Shown: positions 37,841 to 47,068 of the stretch, in pieces
Layout of the letters: each line of letters opens with the position of its first letter
Position numbering within the stretch: the first letter of the stretch is position 1
Source: an uncultured bacterium
GTDB lineage: Bacteria; Zixibacteria; MSB-5A5; UBA10806
Assembly: GCA_965541585.1 (NCBI GenBank)
Contig: CBEUCH010000002.1
Span: 160,001 to 224,000, forward strand
Reading direction: 5' to 3'
Length of the DNA stretch: 64,000 nucleotides
The notes under the pieces: generated by a model
The model's database searches: none
What the model saw: the letters and a program-made list of their open reading frames with translations, nothing else
What the model was told of the DNA's origin: nothing
Program-made: the position numbers and the translations under genes

Positions 37841-39361
37841 CTATTTCTTCAATATCTTCCCGGATTCTGATTTTGGAAGGTTTGCAACCATTTCGATATA
37901 TTTGGGCACCATCAAATCCTCGAGATTATCCCGGCAGTGATGAAAAATATCATCGATCGATATTTTTGATCCATCGCGGACTACAACTTCGGCTTTGATG
38001 GCATTGCCCAGGATTTCATCCGGAACTGCAGTCACCCTGGCATCGACCACGTCCTCGATCTGATAAAGAACGTTCTCGATTTCCTTCGGGGATACTCTTT
38101 CTCCACGGCTTTTTATAATATCGTCCATGCGCCCCATGAAATACAGAAATCCATCTTTATCGATTCTAAATAGATCGCCCGTATGAAGCGCTTTCTCCCA
38201 GGGGAATTTTCCCGGCTTGAGTACTTTCGCAGTGCCCTCCGGGTCGTTCCAGTAACCCCGCATGACATTCGATCCTCTGACGACCAGCTCTCCCGTAGCA
38301 TCGCGCTCCCGGATATTGCCTTTGTCGTCTATCACATAAACCTCGGTATTGGGCATGGCTATGCCGACCGAGTCCGGCTTCCTGTCGACCAGATCCGGAG
38401 GCAGGTACGAGACCCGCTTACATTCGGTCAGGCCGTACATGGAATATACTTTTGCACTGGGGAAAATTTTCTTGAGCCTGGGGAAATAGCTTGGCGGCAA
38501 CGCCGCTCCTGTATTGCTTATATACCGGACACTTGTCAGATCCTTCTTTCCCAGACCCTCCATCTGCAGGAATATGGCCATCATGGTCGGAACGCAGGGG
38601 AGTCCCGTGATCCGTCTGGCCTGGATTAATTTTATCAGCTTGAACGGATAGCCGAATTTCTTTTCCAGCACCACGGTGCCGGAGAAAAGAAATGACATCA
38701 GCACCTGATACAGGCCGTAATCGAAAGATAAGGGCAAGACGCAAAGGACTATATCGGAGGTCACATTCTCCAGATATTGCGTAATGGACTTAGCGGCGGT
38801 CACCATATTACGATGGGAGAGGGTTACGCCCTTGGGATCGCCGGTTGATCCCGAGGTGTAGATTATTGCCGCCAGATCGAGATCGATGATGCGGAGATCG
38901 GGGAGCTGCGAATCCTGTTCGATAACTTCATGGAAAGCAATGCCCGCCTGCGAGTCTTTATCTATGGTCAAGATGGGCGGAAGATCGATCTGTTTTTTAA
39001 GTTCATTGAGCATCTCGATTTTGGAATTATCGGTTACGATGAAGGCTGGAGAACAGTCTTTCAAGATATACGAGAATTTATTGGACTTGATGGTCTGATT
39101 TACGACCGAGAAAGCTCCTCCGGCCAACAAGGTTCCGAAAATCGAGATGACTGTCTCCGGACTGTTTTCAAGGTAAGTTATTACGCGATCGCCTTTTTTT
39201 ATCCCGTTTTTAAGGAGAAAGGCAGCCAGGTTATGAGAATACCTGTCCAATTGGCTATAGGTGTAAGTATCGTCCCCGAAATACAGAGCGGTCTTATCCG
39301 GATACTCCCTCGCAGATTCCAACAGGAAATCACTTAGTAGATTAGCATTCATCTTTACCAT
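37841..39361 (-). CDS. AMP-dependent acyl-CoA/acyl-ACP ligase
   Basis: YTSGSTGDPKG, LPLSFDYGL, MYGLTE, HTGDL, GR.DD.IK..G.R.SP.EIE, LPK..SGK. Confidence 0.92.
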   Translation of the reverse strand: MVKMNANLLSDFLLESAREYPDKTALYFGDDTYTYSQLDRYSHNLAAFLLKNGIKKGDRVITYLENSPETVISIFGTLLAGGAFSVVNQTIKSNKFSYILKDCSPAFIVTDNSKIEMLNELKKQIDLPPILTIDKDSQAGIAFHEVIEQDSQLPDLRIIDLDLAAIIYTSGSTGDPKGVTLSHRNMVTAAKSITQYLENVTSDIVLCVLPLSFDYGLYQVLMSFLFSGTVVLEKKFGYPFKLIKLIQARRITGLPCVPTMMAIFLQMEGLGKKDLTSVRYISNTGAALPPSYFPRLKKIFPSAKVYSMYGLTECKRVSYLPPDLVDRKPDSVGIAMPNTEVYVIDDKGNIRERDATGELVVRGSNVMRGYWNDPEGTAKVLKPGKFPWEKALHTGDLFRIDKDGFLYFMGRMDDIIKSRGERVSPKEIENVLYQIEDVVDARVTAVPDEILGNAIKAEVVVRDGSKISIDDIFHHCRDNLEDLMVPKYIEMVANLPKSESGKILKK

Positions 39362-39731
39362 CTTAAAAAGACAATAGCCTCCGCTCGAAAAAACATTCGG
39401 CAGCCAAAATAAACCAATCCGCAGTCAGTGTCAATTTCAAATTTCCCCCGACTATGCTGCCAATATATTCTTAATCGGGAAAAAATGACCGCCGCTTTAT
39501 TCAGAATCGATGTAGATGAAGTCTTGCCTGCTGCTAAGTGGACTGGGAATCGAGGAGGACGACCAACCCTCGCCGATTAAAGGCACGGCAAATCTGCGGA
39601 TTAAGGTTATCGATTCGTTAACCTCCCCCCAATATTCCGCTTTGTTTATTGCATCCCTGGCTATATAATAGGCATGTTTTTGCCGATTACTCTGGTGGAA
39701 TATTTGCAGGGCGAGTTTTAAGGAGGTTTCG

Positions 39732-40655
39732 TTGAGATATCTGGTTACGGGCGGGGCCGGGTTTATCGGCTCCAATATAGTCAAAGGGCTGGTTGAAAGA
39801 GGATACCGGGTCAGGGTTCTGGATAACTTTGCCACGGGCCAGCGATCCAATATCGAACCCTACCTCAAGGATATCGAGCTTATAGAGGGAGACATACGCG
39901 ACTTCTGGACGGTTGTTAAAGCCACCAAGGGTATCGACTATATCCTCCACCAGGCAGCCCTGCCATCGGTGCCGCGTTCGATCGACAACCCCCTGACCAC
40001 CACCGAGGTGAATATCAACGGCACGTTGAATGTCCTCGAGGCGGCGCGGTTTAACGAGGTCCAGCGGATAGTCTACGCTTCCTCCTCGTCGGTATACGGC
40101 GATTCCCCCGAAATGCCGAAAAAGGAGGAGATGAAGCCGATGCCCAAATCTCCTTATGCCATAACCAAACTGGCCGGTGAGGAATATTGCATGAGTTTCC
40201 ATAATCTTTACGGTCTGGAGACGGTAGCTCTGAGGTATTTCAACGTCTTCGGCCCCCGGCAAAATCCTTTTTCCCAGTATTCCGCGGTGATTCCCAAATT
40301 CATCAACATGCTGAAAAGCGGGCAAAACCCGACCATCTGGGGAGACGGCAGCACGTCGAGAGATTTCACCTATATTGACAACGTGGTTCAGGCAAACATA
40401 CTGGCGTGCGAGAAAAAGGCCGCCGCGGGCTTCGTGATAAATATTGCCTGCAATAAAGCGTTCACGCTAAACGAACTGGTGGAGAAACTCAACGACATCA
40501 TGGGCCTCGACATTAAACCAACTCATGGTCCTGATAAAATCGGCGATGTAAAACACTCGCTGGCTGATATCAAGAAAGCCAATAGTATACTCGGCTACGC
40601 TCCCGAAATTGATTTTGGCGAGGGCCTGAAAAAGACGGTTGAATGGTTCGGCTAA
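39732..40655 (+). CDS. NAD-dependent nucleotide-sugar epimerase (WbpP/TviC-like)
   Basis: TGGAGFIGS, HQAALPSVPRSI, YASSSSVYG, SPYAITK, LRYFNVFGPRQ, SRDFTY. Confidence 0.92.
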   Translation: MRYLVTGGAGFIGSNIVKGLVERGYRVRVLDNFATGQRSNIEPYLKDIELIEGDIRDFWTVVKATKGIDYILHQAALPSVPRSIDNPLTTTEVNINGTLNVLEAARFNEVQRIVYASSSSVYGDSPEMPKKEEMKPMPKSPYAITKLAGEEYCMSFHNLYGLETVALRYFNVFGPRQNPFSQYSAVIPKFINMLKSGQNPTIWGDGSTSRDFTYIDNVVQANILACEKKAAAGFVINIACNKAFTLNELVEKLNDIMGLDIKPTHGPDKIGDVKHSLADIKKANSILGYAPEIDFGEGLKKTVEWFG

Positions 40656-40711
40656 TTCGGCATCCGGTCTGAAATCATTAATGAGGTCGCTGAATTTCCC
40701 GGTGGGTTCTC

Positions 40712-41725
40712 ATGACTAATCGTGCAGAATATAAATGGCCGCAGATCAGCGTAATTATCCCGGTCCGCAACGAGGAAGAATTCATCGGCCGGACTCTGCA
40801 ATATCTAATCGGGCAAGACTATCCACGGGAAAAATTAGAGATAATTGTCGTAGATGGCCGTTCCGATGACGCCACCCGCCGGATCGTCGAAGATATGGCT
40901 GCGAGTGACGCTTGCGTCAAACTCCTGGACAACCCGAAGATAATATCGTCTGCTGCAAGGAATGCAGGCGTGAAAGCCGCTAAGGGAGATATTGTGACTT
41001 TCGTAGACGGTCACGTTTATATCGATAATGATCAGCTTTTGAGGAACACGGCCATCCTGATGAATGAAAAAGAAGTGGATGTATTGAGTCGGCCACAGTT
41101 TCTCGATACGCCTGATAACCGATTTTTCCAGAGAGCTGTTGCCCTGGCAAGAAAATCGGTATTCGGGCATGGCCTCGATTCCACCATATACCTTGAAGAG
41201 GATAAATTCGTCGACCCGACATCATCTGGTGCAAGCTATAATAAAGATATCTTTGATCAAGTTGGTTATTTCGACGAGAGTTTTGACGCCGCCGAGGACC
41301 TCGATTTTAATCACCGGGCAGGCCGAGCGGGTTTCAAATCGTTCAGCTCGAGTAAGCTAGCGGTTTATTATTTTCCGAGGAGAACCCTTAGAGATCTCTT
41401 CAAACAGATGGTGAGATATGGGATAGGCCGTTTTCGGTTTCTAAAAAAGCATCGTAAGGGAGTCTCGTCCGGGGCATTGCTCCTGGCGCTGTTTTATGTC
41501 GGGTTGATTTTGCTGGTGCTCCTATCGATCCTCTCAAACCGCTTGCTCCAGGTCGCAGGATTACTCCTCGCTCTTTATATTGCGGCCAACCTCATCAGCA
41601 GCCTGGTTACGGCCTTGAAGAAAGGTCTCAAATACATGCTGGTTTTACCGGTAATATACATGACAATCCATTCTGGTCTGGTCTGGGGAATTATCAGCGA
41701 GGCTCTTAGATCGCTTAGAAGATAG
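40712..41725 (+). CDS. Glycosyltransferase family 2 (ExoA-like)
   Basis: IIPVRNEE, VVDG.SDD.T, VDGH, AEDLDFN.R, C-terminal TM helices. Confidence 0.88.
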   Translation: MTNRAEYKWPQISVIIPVRNEEEFIGRTLQYLIGQDYPREKLEIIVVDGRSDDATRRIVEDMAASDACVKLLDNPKIISSAARNAGVKAAKGDIVTFVDGHVYIDNDQLLRNTAILMNEKEVDVLSRPQFLDTPDNRFFQRAVALARKSVFGHGLDSTIYLEEDKFVDPTSSGASYNKDIFDQVGYFDESFDAAEDLDFNHRAGRAGFKSFSSSKLAVYYFPRRTLRDLFKQMVRYGIGRFRFLKKHRKGVSSGALLLALFYVGLILLVLLSILSNRLLQVAGLLLALYIAANLISSLVTALKKGLKYMLVLPVIYMTIHSGLVWGIISEALRSLRR

Positions 41726-41759
41726 AACTCGATGAAGTACAAAAAAACTTAAGTTGGCT

Positions 41760-42386
41760 CTAATCGAACTGCAGGTGGTTATAGATTTCTTCAACGAAAG
41801 ATTTTTCGAAATCATCCAACGCTGAAAGGCCGGCCCGGTCGCCGGCGCCCATAATGCGAATAAAGGCTATATCATTGGGTTTGAATGTCAGCGAACTTAT
41901 CAATGTGTAAATCTTAAATGTGTAATCGTTGGCGGTTTCACCATAGCGGGTGATATACCAGAAATCCATAACCCTTTTCGATTCCCCCATTCTCAAGTCG
42001 AACCTGCCGATAGTTATTGGCCGACCCTTAAGGATAATTTCCCGTTTTTCCACTCCCCGTATTGTCCAGCCCGATCCCGGCAGACAATTCCTCGGTGAAT
42101 GAGGCCCGCCGCGAGAGTCTCGCTGCGCGAAATAGTCGAAAAAGAGATGCACCTTGTTTCCCAGCGCATCAGTATAAGTTGCCGAGAAGATCTCTGTAGG
42201 ATTCAGCATGGCAACAATGGCCGGTATGAGGTTGTCTTTTTGTCCAGACCAGCCGTCCTTTTGAAGAGGGAAATCCTCGATGCTTGCACCGGTTGAACTC
42301 TCAGGTTGATAATGTCTTATTGCGAAACCGGATAAGAACGTGAGAATCACAACGGATAAGAATGCTATGAACGATTTTCCAACCAT
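41760..42386 (-). CDS. epsI: Exosortase-associated protein EpsI
   Basis: FP....W.G, PHSPRNCLPGSGW, FWY; directly downstream of exosortase. Confidence 0.88.
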   Translation of the reverse strand: MVGKSFIAFLSVVILTFLSGFAIRHYQPESSTGASIEDFPLQKDGWSGQKDNLIPAIVAMLNPTEIFSATYTDALGNKVHLFFDYFAQRDSRGGPHSPRNCLPGSGWTIRGVEKREIILKGRPITIGRFDLRMGESKRVMDFWYITRYGETANDYTFKIYTLISSLTFKPNDIAFIRIMGAGDRAGLSALDDFEKSFVEEIYNHLQFD

Positions 42387-43216
42387 TTCAGAAACGCTCC
42401 TGTAATTATCACAAGGATTATGGCAACTGTAAACACCAGAAGCCCGGATATTTCGTGAAGGAAACTTTCTGCCAAATCAGCGCTTATGGCATACGCCCCG
42501 ACGGCGGTGAATGTCAGCCTGAAAATGTTTGATATGATGGCAATTGGTATTGCTGCAAGGAACAGGATTACCGGCCGGATCTTCCCCGGAAGGACCAGAT
42601 ATCCATATAGTGCGCTTAATGCTGACAGCGTCGCCAGGCTCCTGAGACCGCTGCAGGCCTCGACCACCTCCAGAGTATATTGAGGAAGATATATTATATT
42701 ACCCTGCCTGACCGACGGTACCCCTATTACCTGAAGTATGAAACCGGTGACCTTGCTTGAAAACAGCTGCATGGGAACAGTGGCGGAATAGTAGATCACG
42801 GCGGGGATCGGAACCATAAATATCAAAAAGAAAAAGGCAAACCAGACCTTCCTGAAATTCTCAAGCCCCAGGTGGTAAAGTGAAATTCCGGAGATAATCA
42901 CCCAAAAAGACATTCTGGTTGTAAAAAATTCGCCGGCCGCGATGGCCAGTATCAATCCCAGACAACCGAGCCCGAATACGAATATCCCCCATCCGCTTGC
43001 CCTGGCGGGAAAAACCAGCTCTTTTCTTTTTCTCCAGAATAGAAATATGGCCACCGGAATAATTAGAAAGCCATGGGAATAATTCGGGTCATAATACCAG
43101 TCAGCGATCATTGCTTTAAGTATCGATAGATTAATAAGGACTGTGATCGCAATCAATATATAAGGATACTTATGTGATTTTAGATGAGCCGCTAAGGCAC
43201 TACCATTTAAATTCAA
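42365..43216 (-). CDS. Exosortase (EpsH family)
   Basis: W..DPNYSHG.LI, FMVPIP, GN.I, VVEACSGLRS (Cys), N..R, H...G. Confidence 0.93.
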   Translation of the reverse strand: MNLNGSALAAHLKSHKYPYILIAITVLINLSILKAMIADWYYDPNYSHGFLIIPVAIFLFWRKRKELVFPARASGWGIFVFGLGCLGLILAIAAGEFFTTRMSFWVIISGISLYHLGLENFRKVWFAFFFLIFMVPIPAVIYYSATVPMQLFSSKVTGFILQVIGVPSVRQGNIIYLPQYTLEVVEACSGLRSLATLSALSALYGYLVLPGKIRPVILFLAAIPIAIISNIFRLTFTAVGAYAISADLAESFLHEISGLLVFTVAIILVIITGAFLKWLENRS

Positions 43217-43531
43217 CCAGTTCCCCTTTCTTAATATTAATCGTAAGATAATACCCGCGGTTTAATTTATCAATCGAACATTCATAAATCGGGGGCGTCA
43301 CGATCTCAGCTATCGGGACGATAAATATGCGTAGCGGGAAACATCCGAGCGCCGGGGGCATTTTATTGTAAGATGATAAGTTATGACTGATGCGGACAGG
43401 TGGAAAGAGACGATCCCCGACCGCCGCGGGGATTTCTAGAGTTGGTTTTTTGATCTGATATGATGCTCTTAGTCTTGTGCAGGAGAATGCGCTAATTCGT
43501 GACGAGGCCTATAGTTCGATGAATGTTTGAC

Positions 43532-43560
43532 TTGACTATGAGAAGATATTGATATATAAT
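43532..43560 (+). promoter_or_regulatory. Sigma70-type promoter, ~190 nt upstream of the GNAT gene
   Basis: TTGACT-17nt-TATAAT. Confidence 0.55.
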
Positions 43561-43757
43561 GAATCTGCGATGCAATCATGCTCTCAGGGGGCGATGATGC
43601 TTCTTGTCTTCGAGAAATCGAATAAATCGGTGGAGGATACTGGCTAGTTTACCCGTAAGGCTGATAAATATTTGGAACATTGCCCCGGTTATGGTGGTTG
43701 GTATTGTTCCATAATTAATCGATGGTTAAATAATACAAAAAGGATGACTGGCTTCAT

Positions 43758-44945
43758 ATGCGAGATAATACCGCAATATCGCAAGAGACAATGGAGAGAG
43801 GCCAATTAAGAATAGAATTGGTTCAATCGCTTGAAGGACTCGCTGCTCACGTGGATGCCTGGGATCGATTGGCTTTGGAGGCTCCTCAAAATCTGCCGGC
43901 GATTTCATCGGCCTGGGTAACAGCTTTTTATGAGCACCAGCTTCAGAAATCGGAATCCTGGTGTTGCTTTTTTGTATACGACAGGAAGGATCTGGTTGGT
44001 GTTCTCCCCATTGTGATAACGCCGAATCGTTTGCTGGGATTGAAACGTCCGCGCTTGCGAACTCCTCAGAATAACCATGTTTATTCGGTCGATTTCGTCG
44101 TAGCCGGGGGGAGGGAAAGCGAAATCATCCCATATCTTTTATCGGCAGTTGATCGGGTCGAACCCTCGAGGTTTTGCCTGGGCTTGATCCGCCTGCCAGA
44201 TACATCACCCACATTGTCGGTTCTTGAAAGTGGCGTTGCGGGGATGTCTGTCGTTAGAGAATATGACGGCAAGGGTTCATACGTCAGCGTCATAGGAAAC
44301 TATGGCGAGTATCGTTCGCGGCTCAGCATCAACTTCAGAAATAATCTGCGAAAAATGAAAAACAAGATATCGCGCCTTCCCAACGTAAAGACGGTTTTCC
44401 TTTCGGGGACAGAGGCTACAGAGAAAGACCTCCAGCACTTTCTGGAGGTTGAAGCCTCCGGCTGGAAAGGGAGAGGCGGGTCAGCGATATTGATGTCCCC
44501 CTCGTTGAGTGCATTTTACCGTAGCATTGTCAGGCGGCTGGCAAGGCTCGGTTGGCTCGAATGGCACTTCCTTCAGACTGAGGAGAAGATTATTGCCGCG
44601 CAACTCGCGGTAAAAATGGGTCGCACCCTGACAGTGGTGAAGATCGGATATGATGAAGAATACGCCTGGTGTTCTCCCGGAAATTATCTTTTTGAACGCA
44701 CCGTGGAGCGTGCCTTCGAATCCGGCGATACCGATGACATAAATTGCCTTACCGACATGCCGTGGCATAGGAAATGGAAGATGAAACAAAGGGACTACTA
44801 CAACCTCTGGATCTACCCGCGTCGACCGATTCCTTTATTATTTGGTGCCGGTGGCAGAAAAATCAAAAATGCCCTGCGCAGGACCCCGGGATTGTTACCG
44901 CTTTACCATGGCCTGCGGGGGTTGGCAAAAGGAGAACGGTCATAA
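43758..44945 (+). CDS. GNAT family acyltransferase (CelD/BcsL-like, Acetyltransf_6)
   Basis: WDRL, LVGVLP, FRNNLRK, EASGWKG..G, FYR, KIGYDEEY...SPG. Confidence 0.85.
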   Translation: MRDNTAISQETMERGQLRIELVQSLEGLAAHVDAWDRLALEAPQNLPAISSAWVTAFYEHQLQKSESWCCFFVYDRKDLVGVLPIVITPNRLLGLKRPRLRTPQNNHVYSVDFVVAGGRESEIIPYLLSAVDRVEPSRFCLGLIRLPDTSPTLSVLESGVAGMSVVREYDGKGSYVSVIGNYGEYRSRLSINFRNNLRKMKNKISRLPNVKTVFLSGTEATEKDLQHFLEVEASGWKGRGGSAILMSPSLSAFYRSIVRRLARLGWLEWHFLQTEEKIIAAQLAVKMGRTLTVVKIGYDEEYAWCSPGNYLFERTVERAFESGDTDDINCLTDMPWHRKWKMKQRDYYNLWIYPRRPIPLLFGAGGRKIKNALRRTPGLLPLYHGLRGLAKGERS

Positions 44946-45952
44946 ACCAACTATCAATCTCGACCATTATCCCGACCTACAACCGCGCGCAACTTATTGA
45001 AAGAGCGGTGTCGTCGGCTCTGGCGCAGTGCGTCCCGGGTGATGAGGTTATTGTAGTCGATGATGGTTCCACTGACAATACCGAGGGAATCCTTGCTGCC
45101 TACCTGGATCGTCTGCGTTTCATAAAAATACCTAATTCGGGGGCCGGCGTAGCGCGGAATCGAGGGGTCCGGGAATCAAAAAACGACCTTGTAGCGTTTC
45201 TCGATTCGGACGATGAATGGATGCCGGGTAAGCTTGAACTTCAGCGCAACCTGATGCAGGCGAGACCTGATATCCTGTTTTGCTTCAGCGACTTTGCCGG
45301 ACGCGCCCGAGATGGCCGGGAACACCGTCATTACCTGGCAAGATGGCATGATGATTTGCGTAGCTGGGATGAGATCCTCGGCCCCGGTGCGCTCTATTCT
45401 TCCATTGCCAGCCTGCCGGCTGGCATTGATGACTTCAACTTTCATGTGGGCGATCTTTATTTATTGGAACTGACCGCCAACTATATATTCACTGGCACAC
45501 TGGTTGTCCGTCGCCAGGAAGCCCAGAAGAGCCTTCATTTTGGAGAAGGGCTTCCGACATATGAGGACTGGGAATGCTTTGGACGGCTGGCTAAGCATGG
45601 TTTGGGAGCATACTTAGACTGCGAAACTGCCTGGCAGATTTCGCATGATGGGTGGAGGCTTACGGATGCCGATGTTGCAACCAACGCCGGTACCCGCATG
45701 ATCTTAATAAAACGAGTCTGGGGTGCAGATCCCGAATTTATGGATAAGCACGGCGATCTCTACCGCAAAACAACAACCGAGCAACGATTGCTCAAAATCA
45801 AAGGTCTCATCTCCCAGGGGCGCACGAAAGAAGCCGGGTCTGAACTGAAAGAGGTGGAATCGGCGCCCGGCTTATATCGATTGCTCGCCGCATTGCCCGG
45901 CCCATTTGTCCGCGGTCTTGTCGGATTGCGCCGCAAAATAAAAGATACATAA
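44942..45952 (+). CDS. Glycosyltransferase family 2; probable start is the ATA at 44942
   Basis: IIPTYNRA, VVDDGSTD, ARNRG, FLDSDD.W, EDW. Confidence 0.85.
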   Translation: MNQLSISTIIPTYNRAQLIERAVSSALAQCVPGDEVIVVDDGSTDNTEGILAAYLDRLRFIKIPNSGAGVARNRGVRESKNDLVAFLDSDDEWMPGKLELQRNLMQARPDILFCFSDFAGRARDGREHRHYLARWHDDLRSWDEILGPGALYSSIASLPAGIDDFNFHVGDLYLLELTANYIFTGTLVVRRQEAQKSLHFGEGLPTYEDWECFGRLAKHGLGAYLDCETAWQISHDGWRLTDADVATNAGTRMILIKRVWGADPEFMDKHGDLYRKTTTEQRLLKIKGLISQGRTKEAGSELKEVESAPGLYRLLAALPGPFVRGLVGLRRKIKDT

Positions 45953-46212
45953 TGACATGTTCTGCCCGGGATCTGAGTACTGGCTGAAATTCTTCGTGGG
46001 AATTCGAGGTAGTCTGTTGAGCCATTGGAACCTGCTCCGGAAATCAAATGTAAATCATTGATTAATGGAGGAATAACACGATAATTGAAAACTATTTAAA
46101 TAGCCATTTCATAAATGCCGATTATAATATAATAGCGATGCGATCCGAATTGTCAGGGTAAGTGAACGAGAGCGGCCGCCAGCCGCATCTGTTCATGGTC
46201 AGGATTTGAATT

Positions 46213-47049
46213 ATGAAAAATAAAAGAAAGGCGCTGATCTCTCTGGTTTTTTGCCTCAGTATTTCCGGGTATTCAGCGGCACAGGAGACTCTCTATCCTG
46301 CAGGGCATAATATAGCCGTCACCTATGAGTTGTCATCCGTTGATCTGGAAATAGGGGATACCCTGATGGTGAGCAGGACCATCACGAATAACGAGAGTTT
46401 TGGCCTTACTAACCTGTATCTGGCCGAGAATCTGCCTTTCGAGTTCAGCATCTCCGTGTACTCCCTGAGAATCGATGGAGCAGCGGTCCCGCATGCCTAT
46501 TCAGGGCCTTCCGGGGGCGAGATCTTCCCATCCTACAATTCGTACAGGTGGGTTATAGACGATCCGGCGCCGGGCGATACAGCGAATCGGGTTCTAACGC
46601 CCGGAGAATCGCTTGTGCTGGAATACTCAGTCACCTGCGCCACGGTCGGCAATTATGCTTTGCCCTTCCATACCATGTGCGTTTACGGAGATACATCGGG
46701 TATCTTTACGGTTGCGGATAGCCTGACGGTCACTTTTTCACCCAGTTCCCGGATAAGCGAAGAGCCTGTTTTATTTCCTGAAAGCTCGAACATTCCCCGG
46801 GCCTATCCAAATCCCTTTAACAGCGAAGTGGTCATCGATCTCGGCAACCTTGAACTCCCTGATGATCCGGTGAGATTTACCGTTTACAGTCTGATGGGTG
46901 ATGAGGTTTTTAAAGGTGAATACGTTTTGGCTGCCAACATGCACCGGATACACTGGCGCCCGGAAAATAATATTGCAGCCGGAGTTTATTTTTATAGATT
47001 ACAGGCAGAGGTTATGGTAATTACCGGCAAGGTGACATTTTTGAAATGA
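46213..47049 (+). CDS. Secreted Ig-like protein with T9SS/FlgD-type C-terminal domain; paralog of 32422-33072
   Basis: Signal peptide; shared YLAENLP, IDG, YSG, YRWV, Y.LPFHT.C.YGD.SG; tail AYPNPFN...AGVYFYRL...GKVTFLK. Confidence 0.85.
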   Translation: MKNKRKALISLVFCLSISGYSAAQETLYPAGHNIAVTYELSSVDLEIGDTLMVSRTITNNESFGLTNLYLAENLPFEFSISVYSLRIDGAAVPHAYSGPSGGEIFPSYNSYRWVIDDPAPGDTANRVLTPGESLVLEYSVTCATVGNYALPFHTMCVYGDTSGIFTVADSLTVTFSPSSRISEEPVLFPESSNIPRAYPNPFNSEVVIDLGNLELPDDPVRFTVYSLMGDEVFKGEYVLAANMHRIHWRPENNIAAGVYFYRLQAEVMVITGKVTFLK

Positions 47050-47068
47050 GGGCCGATTTCGAAATCTG

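Noticed and set aside
39570..39690. Sigma54 promoter typical of PEP-CTERM loci
   Set aside because: GGCAC/GGCAT...TGC candidates do not have the required GG-N10-GC spacing
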